Source of the DNA: Microthyrium microscopicum
Taxonomy: Eukaryota
Reading direction: 5' to 3'
Assembly (NCBI GenBank): GCA_010405405.1
Contig: MU004242.1
Coordinates: 283,751-347,750, forward strand
Length of the DNA: 64,000 bases
The position numbers and the translations under genes are program-made. The notes below the pieces were generated by a model, which did not search any database, had not been told where the DNA came from, and saw nothing but the letters and a program-made list of their open reading frames with translations. Position 1 is the stretch's first letter. Every line of letters starts with the position of its first letter. Positions 1 through 11,085 of the stretch are shown one piece after another.

Positions 1-79
1 CGAGAGAAGCCAACAAACTCGTACGTACATGCTACAAAGTTCAAATTTTGCAAAACCAAAAGACTAATACGTCTTACAG

Positions 80-479
80 ACAGCTGGCTTTCTACGGATT
101 CACTGCTCCACTGATCACTTTATTTCTGATCCCAGTCCAACTCTTCTTAACGGCCAAGAATCGATTGTCTACAAGGACCACTCTTTGCACATCAGTCGTG
201 CTTCTGTGTGGATGGATTGCTCAAATCAGCTTCTGGTTCTTTTGTGAGATTTCGGCGCAGTCAATCTTGGAATGGACCCCTTTGTGGTGCCCAAATGTAT
301 CAAGGGATCCTGCAGTTGGCCAAGCAAAAGCATATCTTGGTCTTTTTATTGCGATCGGGTTTTGTATCGCAATGTCCGTATCCGCCGCCGCGGTTCATAG
401 GAAACAGCGCTTTTGGGTCAAGAAATCGCCAATGGATGGTATCGACAAGCATGAGCTTATATCTTCCTCCAACTCCTAA
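80..479 (+). CDS. Last exon of an unknown multi-pass membrane protein (5' part lies outside the window)
   Basis: Preceded by an intron-like segment (GTACGT at 21 ... ACTAAT ... CAG at 79). The open frame has about 3 hydrophobic stretches and stops at 479. Confidence 0.5.
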
Positions 480-1161
480 ATCTATCACAACAAAGAAGGA
501 AGTGATGGTTGAACTGTTCAGCGATGGAAAACAATTCATGAAGCAGGTGAAAGACATGAATGGGCACGGAGAAGGAAACGAGTTTGACTGTCCCGGAGGT
601 TAGAAGTCTTCACAGAAGACATTTGGGTACCCAACAGAGTTTTCTTCCTCGCTAGACTAATTAGATACAGTTGATCACTGCGAAATACACATCCTATTTT
701 AATTGAGACAGTTCTTACTACTAGCAAGCAACGCAGCCATTTCATCCTTCTTTTATATGTGAAATTTTACCTGCTCCTGCTCCACATAAACTGAGAATAA
801 TTGATAGATCAGACATGGCATGTGCTCCCCGATTCGGCACGACACTGGCTAGGGGGCCATCGAGAAAATGATCAAATCGCCTTGGAATCAGGTAGTATTC
901 GGGGACAGGTCGAAAGGTACAACAAGGCTGATATTACGCGGGCCGAGCCGTCTGGATAAATCTGAGCCAATCGAATTGAGTGTCTTTTTGGATTGAACCA
1001 ATTATATTCCTCGAAATCCAGCAGACACCTTTCGTTGGTTATCATTTGAATTCGGTGCTGTACAGTATCTGCTCCATAGCAATTGCTATCCTGTACCACG
1101 ATATTGCTCGATGATGGCTAGCGCATAAACAGATAGTTGAAATTTCGAATCGCTTCCCAGA

Positions 1162-2446
1162 TCAAGCTAAACGATGTAACACTTCTCGTCCGTCAAGATA
1201 GCGTTCCACATTCTCCGCAGTCTCGCCATACCAAGCATTCATTAGTCCTTCATCAACATATCCTGGACGAAAGTTAGTCAAGCGTCAAGCATTGAACGAT
1301 TTTGAAAGGTATAACGTACCCATATGCGGAGTGGTAACCAGCCTCGACCGACCATCCGCTCCCCAATACCCAGCCCGTCTCCACGGACTCTCCAATGGCA
1401 AAGGCTCTGTCTCAAAAACATCAATAGCCGCTCCTCTGATCCTCCCATTCTCCAGTGCTTCTACCAACGACATTTGATCAATCAATGGACCTCGTGAGGT
1501 ATTCACCAAGAGTGCTGACTTCTTCATCAACGCCAACTCAGGAGCTGCTATAATTCCTCTTGAACGCTCACTGAGCACATAATGCATGCTAATCACATCC
1601 GAGCTCTTCAACAACTCCTCTTTACTAACTGCTTGGAACACCCGCTGGCCGTCCTCCTCCACGGGAAGACCAATATTTCGCGCCATCTGGTCCGCCTTAT
1701 CCTGCGTAAGGTTCGCACTCCAGCAGACGATACGCATACCAAAAGCCAGATAGCCTATCTTCGCGACTGCAGCACCAAGTCTTCCTAGACCAACGACGCC
1801 CAGTGTCTTGCCAGTGAGCCCAATAGCCGGGCCAGTTTGCCATCCGCTCGTCGACTTAAGTGCTGCGTCGTCCGCTGCAATGTTTCGAGCCAGAGAGAGG
1901 ATGAGAGCCCATGTATGCTGGGTCGTAGGGTGACTACCTCCTTTCTTGATATTGGTACCTCGTTTCTGGGCTGGCCCAGCGTCTGTACGACCTAGACCCG
2001 GGGCTGCGACTACAGTGATGCCGAATTCTTGGGCAGCTTTGAGGTCGAACATCTCGAATTGGGTGCCGGTTGCCAGAAGCAGTTTGAGATTTGGGAGTTT
2101 TCTAAGGAGAGGAGCCTGGAATGGTGTTCTTTCGCGGATTGTTGAGATCAGTTCGTATTGGTTGAGGCGAGCGGCGAGACGATCCTGTCGGGTTGTTAGA
2201 TTTGGAGATGAAGCATTCTAAGATACCGTTCAAGCCAGAAGTTTGTCCTGGACCAAACGATGGCATTTCGAGATCATCCTTGAGCTATTCGATGAACTCA
2301 CTATTTCTACGGGGGTAACTGGGTGAATAGTATTGGAAAATGTATCAATATTAAGCTTCGATGAAGAAATGTGCTTGAAATGAGGTCCAGACATATCAAG
2401 ATAATCGTCAAGGATTGCTAGAGAAGGCGCCCGCGCCGAGGATGAA
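1162..2446 (-). CDS. D-isomer-specific 2-hydroxyacid dehydrogenase (3-phosphoglycerate/glycerate dehydrogenase-like); first exon not resolved
   Basis: Spliced product reads SLAILDDYLD...ISTIRERTPF...LPNLKLL, Rossmann GLGRLG, LVNTSRG, AAIDVFETEP, TPHMG|YV...HRLA*. Introns at about 2185-2291 and 1263-1319. Confidence 0.9.
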
Positions 2447-3142
2447 CTACGATGAAGTTAGTCTTCAGTTCATCATGTTTAATCTTGTTGTGCTATAGTT
2501 AATCAACTGCATTTCCGTAGATCAATTAAAAATCGAAAGAAGATGGAAGGTTGTCAACTTGTGAATAAAGCAGGGAAATTCTCACCTCATTCCGCGAGCA
2601 TCGTGACATGCCGTACGAATACGCGTTTTGCATATCAATCTAGTAGACTGCATTTTGATGTTCAATCAACAGGTTGCTGAGGCGGTATTCAGAGCTTGTC
2701 TACTAGTACTCAGGAGTAGAGTAGCTATTCACATCTGAATTTCGGTTTACAAATGGAAGAACCCAAGTACTCTCGTGCTTCATTACACCCTGAGACTTTC
2801 GCCGTATGAATAAAAGGTTGAGGTGATTGCAATTGGATTGGAGATGTGGAAGCTGAACGTGTAGTTAGCTTTTAGCCGATTTCGGATTGTTTAGGTCTAG
2901 TCTGGGAAATTAATCTGGAGGTTTTGAGGCTGATCTCTCGTATGTCAGCGCTATTCCCAGTTTTGCTTATTCCCCGATTCACCAACAGCTGTGAAGTCAA
3001 CATATGTACGATGAAGTGAGGCACAGCAAGTAAAAAAAAGACAAGAAATACCAGACTTGAAAATGTCTCAAGCTTGGTATATTATGGTTGCTGGCGCTGA
3101 CATTGACTTTTGAGATATAATTGACGATTTTTTTTTGACGAC

Positions 3143-3940
3143 ATGCCGCTTATCACAACTTCGCGAGGGAATAGCACTATTGCATTCACATTCCCTAGAG
3201 ACGTAATCGTGCCAAATGATTATGTACTGTCTTGGAAGAACGGAAACAGGGAGGTTCGTCTGTTGAGCCATGCAGATCCAAGATAGTGCTGACAATTTGC
3301 AATTTGCGTCTAGATTCCAGTTGATATCTCGCTACAATTATGCAACGGGAGCGTGGAAATAATCCGTATGTACTCCGATTGGAACATATGGGCGAGATAA
3401 AAGGCACTCCAGCGAGGAAATGCCAACGATCTAGCTAAATCGTGTCTCTCTTTGCATTGAACGCCAGACTAAGATATGTCATAGATGACGGCGATTCCAA
3501 CCAAGGCAGTTTCACCTGGACAGTACCATCCAACACTTCATGGGGCAATCGCTACTTTACAATCAGTAGGGTTCTTCCGAACGGTTGTCAGAATAGTGTA
3601 CTACCTTTGTAACATCATGATAGAGCAAGGCAGTTACTCATGGGCCTCTCCAACCTATGTCCACCCTTGGCATTTAACGAACTCGACAGAAGGAGCTATT
3701 GGTGTAAAAGGATGGCCCTATATAACCCTGACTACAGTAGTGGGCCCTCCAGGGGGACTTGTTGCCGGGCTAGTGTTTGCGGTGATCGCCGGACTCGCTG
3801 GGTGTGCTTTATTGGTGGTATTCATCATTTGGGTGAAGCGGTGCAGGCGCCCGGCCAAGGAGGAAATGGGGAGCTATGGAAGTATCATGAAGTATGGTAT
3901 CTTGGGGAAACCGACAGCAGATCCGAAGCAGCTAGAGTGA
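3143..3940 (+). CDS. Putative single-pass cell-surface protein with a Kre9/Knh1-like (Ser-Thr-rich GPI-family) N-terminal domain
   Basis: A manual 4-exon model gives YVLSWKNG..PVDISLQL..DSNQGSFTWTVPS..YFTI, then a TM helix (LVAGLVFAVIAGLAGCALLVVFIIWV) followed by KRCRR. The start and signal peptide are uncertain. Confidence 0.45.
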
Positions 3941-3949
3941 TTGGAGAGA

Positions 3950-4816
3950 TCAGGTAGTATGAATGGCATCTCTTAGTCCTTCTGGAGTAGGAGCTTTGGC
4001 AACTGCGTCCGGTGTAAATCCAAACTCGCTGACAAGATAGTCTCGGGTCGTGGGGCCAATTGTAGCGATCTTGGTAGACTGATGCGTTTGTCCATTCCAT
4101 TTCCCTGTACTGTCGTCTAGCATACCGAGTGATTCCAGCATGGTCTTGCAACCACTTGGCGAGAAGACAACAACCCATCTTGATTGATGCACAGAACGAG
4201 CCAATTCAGTGTCGAAAAGCCCGCGAAACATTGCGTTCTCAATAGTCTTGTAAACAGTAATTTCATGTACACCAATTAGCCTGTCAACCGGAAGGTCATT
4301 AGACTGAAGCGTGCGAGGAATGATATCGCGGCGTTGTTCGCCAACCAGAAACAATAATGATCGCCTCCTTCCCTGCCCATCAGTTGCTTTGTAATTCTCC
4401 AGAATGTATGCAGCCAAAGCCTCACCGGTGCCAGTTTCTTCGCCTCTGATGGGACATGGAGGATCTAACGCTTTCAACGCTCTGTGAGTGGCTGGTCCAA
4501 CAACATATAAAGTTGTTCCAGAACGGAGGTTCTGTATGAGCTCCTCCTCGTGTTTTTGCTTAAGGTGCTCCACAACTCTTGCAAATGCTTCCACGGCTCT
4601 TTGCGATGTAAAAATGATTCCGCCGAATGACGAGAGAAATGCACCTTTCAAGATAAGACCTGCAATGTCGTCGATAGCTTCATCGATCAATCCATGGTCC
4701 AGCACTGGTATAAAAACTGGATCGTATCCAATGGATCCAAGAACTTCCTCATATCGATCAGTAGGTTTCGAAACAGTCTTCAGCAGAATCACCCGGGTTT
4801 TCGAGTCGTCTGCCAT
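3950..4816 (-). CDS. HEM4: Uroporphyrinogen-III synthase
   Basis: Intronless 288 aa. Motifs VILLKT..DRY, GIIFTSQRAVEA, YVVGPAT, LFLVGEQRRDIIP, VVFSPSG, ATIGPTT, AKAPTPEGL. Confidence 0.95.
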   Translation of the reverse strand: MADDSKTRVILLKTVSKPTDRYEEVLGSIGYDPVFIPVLDHGLIDEAIDDIAGLILKGAFLSSFGGIIFTSQRAVEAFARVVEHLKQKHEEELIQNLRSGTTLYVVGPATHRALKALDPPCPIRGEETGTGEALAAYILENYKATDGQGRRRSLLFLVGEQRRDIIPRTLQSNDLPVDRLIGVHEITVYKTIENAMFRGLFDTELARSVHQSRWVVVFSPSGCKTMLESLGMLDDSTGKWNGQTHQSTKIATIGPTTRDYLVSEFGFTPDAVAKAPTPEGLRDAIHTT

Positions 4817-4999
4817 GATATCGCAAGCATAAGGATTTGGCTAGATTGATGCATGATGCAGCTTAAGCTTCAAAGCTCAACACCAAAATATATCGTGCAC
4901 GGACCTGTTGAAAGTCAATGAATTTACTTCCGCAGATATCCGTCTCCAACTTCCTCAAAACAACATGTGTATTTATCGCAGCTAATATATCTACCTGCC

Positions 5000-5652
5000 A
5001 TGGCGTCCTCATCATCAACTAGTGCGCCAGACTCAGATACCCCCAGCGCCCCAAACGCGCCTCTCCCAAAAGGCATAGTCCTTGGTCCAGATGGCAAACC
5101 GTAAACACTCCTGTCCTTCTCAACGCCTCAACTAACACCACTAGCTGCCGCTCATGTAACTCCAAATCCGCCTTCTCAGCCTGGTCCTCCCTAGCCAAGA
5201 AACAAATCAACGACTCGCCCAACAACACCCACAGCACCTCCAAATCTACCTCTACCTCCACACCCTTCGCCTCCTCAACCCATACTGCTCCTCTACCGAT
5301 CTCCAACGACTGTCCCCCCGACGTTGAAGAACTCGGTCGCTCAACATGGACTCTCCTGCACTCCATTGCTGCCCAATACCCCACAACTCCCTCCCCAACG
5401 CAACAAGACCACGCGCGAACCTTCATAAGCTCCTTTAGCCAACTATACCCGTGCTGGAGCTGTGCTTCAGAGTTTAGAGCATGGTTGAGTAAGGACGGCA
5501 ATGCGCCGCGCGTGAGCTCGAGAAGTGATTTTGGGAGGTGGTTGTGTGAGGCGCATAATGAAGTTAATACCAAGTTGGGCAAGAAAACGTTTGATTGTGA
5601 GCGATGGGAGGAGAGATGGCGCGTTGGGTGGAAAGATGGACGATGTGATTGA
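5000..5652 (+). CDS. ERV1: Mitochondrial FAD-linked sulfhydryl oxidase (Erv1/ALR)
   Basis: Exon 5000-5100, intron 5101-5144 (GTAAAC..ACTAAC..TAG), exon 5145-5652. Product includes GPDGKP|CRSC, DCPPDVEELGRSTWTLLHS, YPCWSCA, CEAHNEVN, FDC..WEERW..GWKDGRCD*. Not in the ORF track. Confidence 0.96.
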
Positions 5653-5743
5653 CGCAATGATAAGAAGCCCCGTGGGCAAACCAAGAGATGTGTATTATAT
5701 TGTACAGTATATACAGATAGATATGCGTAAATGATACCCCCGC

Positions 5744-7291
5744 TCAATCCTTCTTCACCATCTTCCCATCCTCTACAGGTTTTATATCATCCAACTTCAG
5801 CCGTTTCGGAATCCTCCAATCGCCAGACTGCATCGCGCGGATAATTCCCCATACACCAGCTAAGGGCCAGATACGTAGCGCCCACATCTTCCAGCTCGTC
5901 TGCGCTTCTTTCGTCTCGCCGGCTACGTCGACGCGTATCTTATCCCATACGCTCGGTAGGTGTGTAGCGTGGTATTTCGTTCGCAGGGTCTCATACCACG
6001 GTTTATTATACATCGTCCAGAACTCTTCCTCAGAGTAGTACGCCTGCGCATAGAACCACTTCATCCCCCTGCCCTCCTTTAGCTTCTTCTCCAACGCTCG
6101 ATTCTGCCTAACAAATTCCTCGCGATTCAAAGGACCGAATCCCCAAACACCCACATTAATTAACTGTTCCTCCTCTTCCCCATGTCCCTTTGCCTCCGTA
6201 TGCGGATGAAACGTCCCACTCCTCACACCCTGCTTCAACGGACACAGCCACAACGGCCAAACGCCCAACTCTTTTCCTGTCCAATCAATGAACGATTCAG
6301 CAGAGCTATACGGCATCGCGAGATCTTGAATGATGTATCGCTGACTTTGGGCGGAGGCGTGGAGGGCGCGGTATAGCATGCGTGTGTGGAGGAAGTCGTC
6401 GAGGAACCAGCGGGTTAGGCGGGTGAAGGGGAAGAACATGTATTTGAAGGCGGAGGCGCCGACCCAGAAACCACCGCGGTCGTAGCGGAATAGGTAGGAT
6501 GGAAGGGGGACGGAGAAGTTTACTAGCTGAGATGATGATTGAGAGGTGGACGCTGGTTGAGTGTGTTGTTGGACGTGTAGGTAGAACCAGGGATCCCATG
6601 GTCGGGAGAAGGATACTTTGGGGGAGTCCGCGGTGGTGGAGAGGGATCCGGTTATGATGGCACCGTGGGTGGGTGAGAACATGATTGCGTCGAGAAAGTC
6701 GATGGAGGAATCCTCGGTCATTGATTGGAGATTGGAGAGGGCGGATTGGACGGATGTGACGGGGTGGTACGTTGTTGAGACGAATGGTTTGGCTTCTTGG
6801 AGTTGCAATTCGAGGAGGGTGGTCACACCGAGTGTACCTAGAGCGCCTGCTGCTCCGTCGAAGAGATCGACGCGTTCGGTGGGAGATGCTTTGACAATAT
6901 CGCCATTACCGAGAACCATTTCGACGTAGTTGATGGTGCGGTCGAAGAAGCCGTGTTTGAAAGAGCTGCTTTCTCCTGCTGTCCCGGCGTATCCTCCGCC
7001 AGCGGTGATACCGGGGAACTCCATGACAACTGGGGGAACGAGGCCGTATGGAAGAGTTGCGGCTACGAGCTTATCCATTGGGACATTGGGTTCGACGAGG
7101 GCAGTCCGGCGCGCCTTGTCGATGGAGAGGACGTTGCATAGTGGCCCAGTATCAATGACATTGGGTCGTTTGGCTAAGCTGTGACGCGTACTATTTGTTG
7201 AGCCATGGGAAATCCGAAAGGGTGTTTTTTTGTCATAGGAAGCGCGAACTTTGGCTGAGATGTCGGCTACGATGGTAGTGTGTCGTTGCAT
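5744..7291 (-). CDS. FAD-binding oxidoreductase, Delta24-sterol reductase (DHCR24/DWF1)-like
   Basis: 515 aa intronless. Motifs VEPNVPMD, PPVVMEFPGITAGG...GESSSFKHG, YLFRYDRG, QDLAMP, WPLWLCP, KWFYAQAYY. Confidence 0.9.
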   Translation of the reverse strand: MQRHTTIVADISAKVRASYDKKTPFRISHGSTNSTRHSLAKRPNVIDTGPLCNVLSIDKARRTALVEPNVPMDKLVAATLPYGLVPPVVMEFPGITAGGGYAGTAGESSSFKHGFFDRTINYVEMVLGNGDIVKASPTERVDLFDGAAGALGTLGVTTLLELQLQEAKPFVSTTYHPVTSVQSALSNLQSMTEDSSIDFLDAIMFSPTHGAIITGSLSTTADSPKVSFSRPWDPWFYLHVQQHTQPASTSQSSSQLVNFSVPLPSYLFRYDRGGFWVGASAFKYMFFPFTRLTRWFLDDFLHTRMLYRALHASAQSQRYIIQDLAMPYSSAESFIDWTGKELGVWPLWLCPLKQGVRSGTFHPHTEAKGHGEEEEQLINVGVWGFGPLNREEFVRQNRALEKKLKEGRGMKWFYAQAYYSEEEFWTMYNKPWYETLRTKYHATHLPSVWDKIRVDVAGETKEAQTSWKMWALRIWPLAGVWGIIRAMQSGDWRIPKRLKLDDIKPVEDGKMVKKD

Positions 7292-7297
7292 GATTTC

Positions 7298-7444
7298 TCA
7301 CTCTTTCTTGACCGCGTGGCCCTCAACCACGTCCTCCTGATTCCAGGAAACAACCCTTCTATTCAATAGCCAGGTTGCCGCTAAGCAAGCTATCGATAAC
7401 AAGATGATCGGACCGTTCAGAATGGAATTTAATGTATCATCCAT
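7298..7444 (-). CDS. Upstream ORF, 48-aa single-TM microprotein, in frame with the downstream FAD gene
   Basis: MDDTLNSILNGPIILLSIACLAATWLLNRRVVSWNQEDVVEGHAVKKE*, then GAA ATC ATG (start of the main ORF). Confidence 0.55.
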   Translation of the reverse strand: MDDTLNSILNGPIILLSIACLAATWLLNRRVVSWNQEDVVEGHAVKKE

Positions 7445-8177
7445 TCAATGGTGATGAATTATCCCTGCTCTTTCTCTGGCTGGGCAGAAGACACTCCAGA
7501 ATCAAAATGAGTCACTCCAGAGCTATCGATATCTGCCTGTTAGATAATGACGGGGGTCAATCGTATCTGTCAAGTTACTCGTGGAGGAGAAATCGTAGGC
7601 GGTATGGATGAAAAGGATCAATGATGATCGGTGGTAGCAGCCCTGCACGGAGTCGCCAGTTGAAGTCAGAAACCAAGAGAGCAAGAACCGTTAGTACTGA
7701 GTGGCTGCGATGTATACTTCAATCAAATGTGGATCTCAATTGAGAGATTATATGCAATTGATAAAAACAAAAGTGTTGGCCGGTCAAAGATTGATGGATT
7801 GAAGACTGAAATCATGCAAGTGTCGGATATGCCTTCTTTTCTCATCGTTGGGAGAGCTTCTCCATTTTTATTCTTGGGCAACTTCAACTCCTCCATCTTC
7901 AATGTTCAACACTTCAACAACACCACCAACCAACAAACGACTATCAGGTCTAATATACTACCATTCCCTTCCTTCCATCCATAATCAGAGCGGCGTTGAC
8001 CATCGCCATTGATGGGAAAGTGTCACAGATAATAGGCAACAAGAGGCCGCAGTCACCGCATATACCGCAGCTACCCCCGGTAGCCTAGCAAGATACAGCA
8101 ATCTCCAGTCATCGCCCATCGCACCTTAACTTTCCCATATAACTGCTTGGGTCCCACCTACAACTCTGGCACCCATC

Positions 8178-10394
8178 ATGGCTGATGACATTGTCGACAA
8201 TACTGCTATAAAACCCGAACCATCCTTGCCGCCCCCCGCGAAATCCATCAATATGTCTCCAACCACAGTTCCATTAACGAATGGCACGACGAATGGCACC
8301 AACGGCCCCATAAAAACGACCAACGGCACCATAAAACCAGTTGTACTTGCTACACCAGAACAAATGAAGGAGAAGAAGACGTTTATGCGTCTTGGGAACG
8401 ACATACTTTCACTCATAGCCACCTTTATCATCCGACCGACAGATCAGAAGAACCTATGTCTCCTAAACAAGCACATGCACCAAATCGGAGTCCGAGAACT
8501 CTACCGCGAAGTCACTGTCGAAGTTGGCAGTCCACAAGACACACGCCTCACTACCCTCGTAAACCCTCGTAACATCGGCCTCCCTTACATTCGCAAACTC
8601 GACATCTACCTCGCAGATGTGCCTGATAAGTGTACACAACAACTACAGCAAGCCAATTTCTCAGTCCGTCTCCTCCTCGAGTTTCTACCGGAGAATATCC
8701 TTGAGAAGTTTAGTTGGCATCCCTGGTCTTCCTTCTCCTCCGATAACTTGAAGCTATTATATCGGAAGCAGCGAAACATGAGATGGCTAGAGGCAATTGC
8801 ATTGGACAAGGATGTACTAGAAGAGCTAGAGAATGGGCGAGACTTTGATGCCATATTTGGGAACACTCGTAAACTGGGTCTATATCCTGATAGCCGTCCA
8901 GTACTCAACATGTGCGGCGCTCTTGTGAAACGCTCGCCGAAAGTCGAGAAGATTACTCTACACGCGAGCTTTGACGAGGACCATGAGGACACGGGAATTC
9001 CAGGCCGTGAGCTGAACGATTCACCAAATGGACCAGGCTTAATAACTCGAACTATCTTTGGACACATGCAGCCTTTCCAGGACTGTAAACCCCTGGCTCT
9101 GCGAGACCTCACCCTTCAAAAAGTCAACACTCGCTATGCAGCCGACACATACTGTCGAGTAATCGACTTCCGAACTCTCAAAGCATTACGGATCTTCGGA
9201 TGTGCTGGCGCAGACGCCCTCTTCTCCGAACTTTCCAAAAGTGCAAAACTACCCGGCAAACTCGAAACTCTCGAGTTCAAGCACGACGACAATGCCGAAA
9301 ATGAAGCTCTCTCTGCCTTTGACGACTTCCTCACCCTCGTCTCCGGCCTCAAAGTTCTCACCGTCGATATCTGCTACGTAAAAGTCCTTCCCGAAGTTGG
9401 AGGCATCACACGACATGCGAAAACTCTTAAAGAACTTAACGTCCACGCTAGCCGCGGTGATGGCGAGGAGGAAGAGCTCGTTTACAGCTTTGAAGACTTT
9501 GAAAAGATCACCAAGGCCTGTGATCTTCTTGAACAGCTCTCTGTCGCCTTCCCTGCCACAAGCGTAGTACGCAGCAGTTCCGAGTCCTTTATTGCCTACG
9601 AAGTAAGTATTCTAGCCTCTTTTTCCTGTCAGAATGAGCAAGCTATTTGCACAGTATTCCCATTCACGAGCTTTGCCATAACACTTTTGAGTTGAAAAGC
9701 TTCAGCTCCCATCGAATGTGTCAAGTACGCGGCAAGTTATGAAATGTGATGGGAACTAGAGCGCTCACTCTTTAAGAAGTGTTATGGCGGCCATCATATT
9801 CGATAGCAATATTGTCCAAACGGCTCTCTCGCTCATTCGGACACCGAGAGCTCATCTTTCTCTCCATTCCGCTTCCAATGTATACTAACAACCACCCAGA
9901 ACGCCCTCGGTGATCTCCCAAACCTAATAACCCTCAACATAACCACTTGGCCCACCAACACCCCAACATCATCCCGCCTCCCCCGCAAAATTTATGAACA
10001 TCTGCTCCAACTAAAAGCGCAACACGGCTTCGAGCGCTCCGCCGCCCACGCAGCTTCTCTCTCCCCATCACCTACAGCATCCACCAACGCATCCTCTGAT
10101 CCAACCCCAAACCCCAGCAGTACCCCAGAATTAGTCCCCCGCACCTCAAAACTCTCCGTCATCGCCTTCGGTGCCTCCGACAAAGTCTACGACCGCGAAG
10201 ACTCCAAGAACCAAATAATCTTCGTCCGCGGAACACAAACTGATGCGCTGGGCAAGACCGGCCCTTTAGCTGTCCAGGTGGGCTGGTGTCTGAGGAAGTT
10301 TATTGAACCACGCAGCGAGGTTTTGGATTTTGCATTGGCGCGGAGCTCCCGGCCGCCTACGCGGGAGCCCCCGGCGAGTGATGATAGTGATTAG
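8178..10394 (+). CDS. F-box-like / LRR-like conserved fungal protein
   Basis: F-box-like segment RLGNDILSLIATF..DQKNLCLLNK..RELYREV and LxxLxL repeats. Intron 9603-9899 (GTAAGT..TACTAAC..CAG). Exon 2 reads NALGDLPNLITLNITTWP... to TAG at 10394. Confidence 0.75.
9614..9852 (+). ncRNA. Putative structured intronic RNA element (long irregular hairpin)
   Basis: Nested complementary arms: 9627-9639/9831-9843, 9641-9658/9808-9825, 9673-9688/9775-9790, about 9689-9713/9748-9770. Confidence 0.55.
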
Positions 10395-10869
10395 TAGGCA
10401 CTTTTTATCATAAACCATGTGTTTGGTGGTGTGGGACGAGGCAGGAAATCAGCGATAGCGGGTAGGCGAAATAGATGGCATTTTCCCCATCAAGTTTCCT
10501 GGCTCCCATTCGCTGTTTTTATTGTCGAGTGCTTAATAGTGTTTGCTTTTCATACTGGGACGTAGTGAAAATTGAAGCGTTGGAATTTGAGCGCATAACT
10601 GCTAGGCGCTGGGAAGGATCTGCTGTTTCTTTAGCGGGTGTTGATTGGTTGGGTAGGTCTAGACTGAATATAGGTGTATCTTGGTTGGAAGAGGATTGAT
10701 GTTTGGATTTGATGTTTTTCCTTCTAAATATAAAATGACTTTTTGTTGGGCTTTCTGGTACGGGACTGACTTGGCTGTTTGGCGCTTGGGCAAATATTTC
10801 TGTTGATCACGATGTCTGCCATACACATCTACTGTTCATACCAGTACCTGTATCAAATATCTTCAAATC

Positions 10870-11085
10870 TTACAACTTCCCTTCATGCTGCGATGATGAT
10901 GGTGTTCCAGAGTAGATAGGCTTCTCTCCAGGCTTTCGCTTGGTCTTTTCGCGATGCGGCGGGCCATCTTTGTGCGCAGCATGCCAAGCTTGAATGCGGG
11001 CTATGGCATCTCTTTTTACATTTGAGGCCGATAAGCTGTCTTGCGGAGAAGGTATTGAGTCTTGATCAGGAGTCGGAGAGGTCAT
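10870..11085 (-). CDS. Small hypothetical protein (71 aa)
   Basis: ATG in a good context (TACATCAATG), a TATA-like TATAAA about 70 nt upstream on the minus strand, and an otherwise empty intergenic position. No recognisable motif. Confidence 0.3.
   Translation of the reverse strand: MTSPTPDQDSIPSPQDSLSASNVKRDAIARIQAWHAAHKDGPPHREKTKRKPGEKPIYSGTPSSSQHEGKL

Noticed and set aside
1100..1164. Possible stop-codon readthrough to a peroxisomal signal in the dehydrogenase
   Set aside because: The context is TGA TCT rather than TGA CTA, and the extension does not end in an SKL-like tripeptide.
5019..5747. 242-aa minus-strand ORF
   Set aside because: Antisense shadow of the clearly recognisable ERV1 gene.
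7621..7700. ATGATGA...CTGA spaced 80 nt, like a box C/D snoRNA
   Set aside because: No terminal stem and no recognisable rRNA guide. The segment is better explained as the reverse complement of a branch-point-containing intron.
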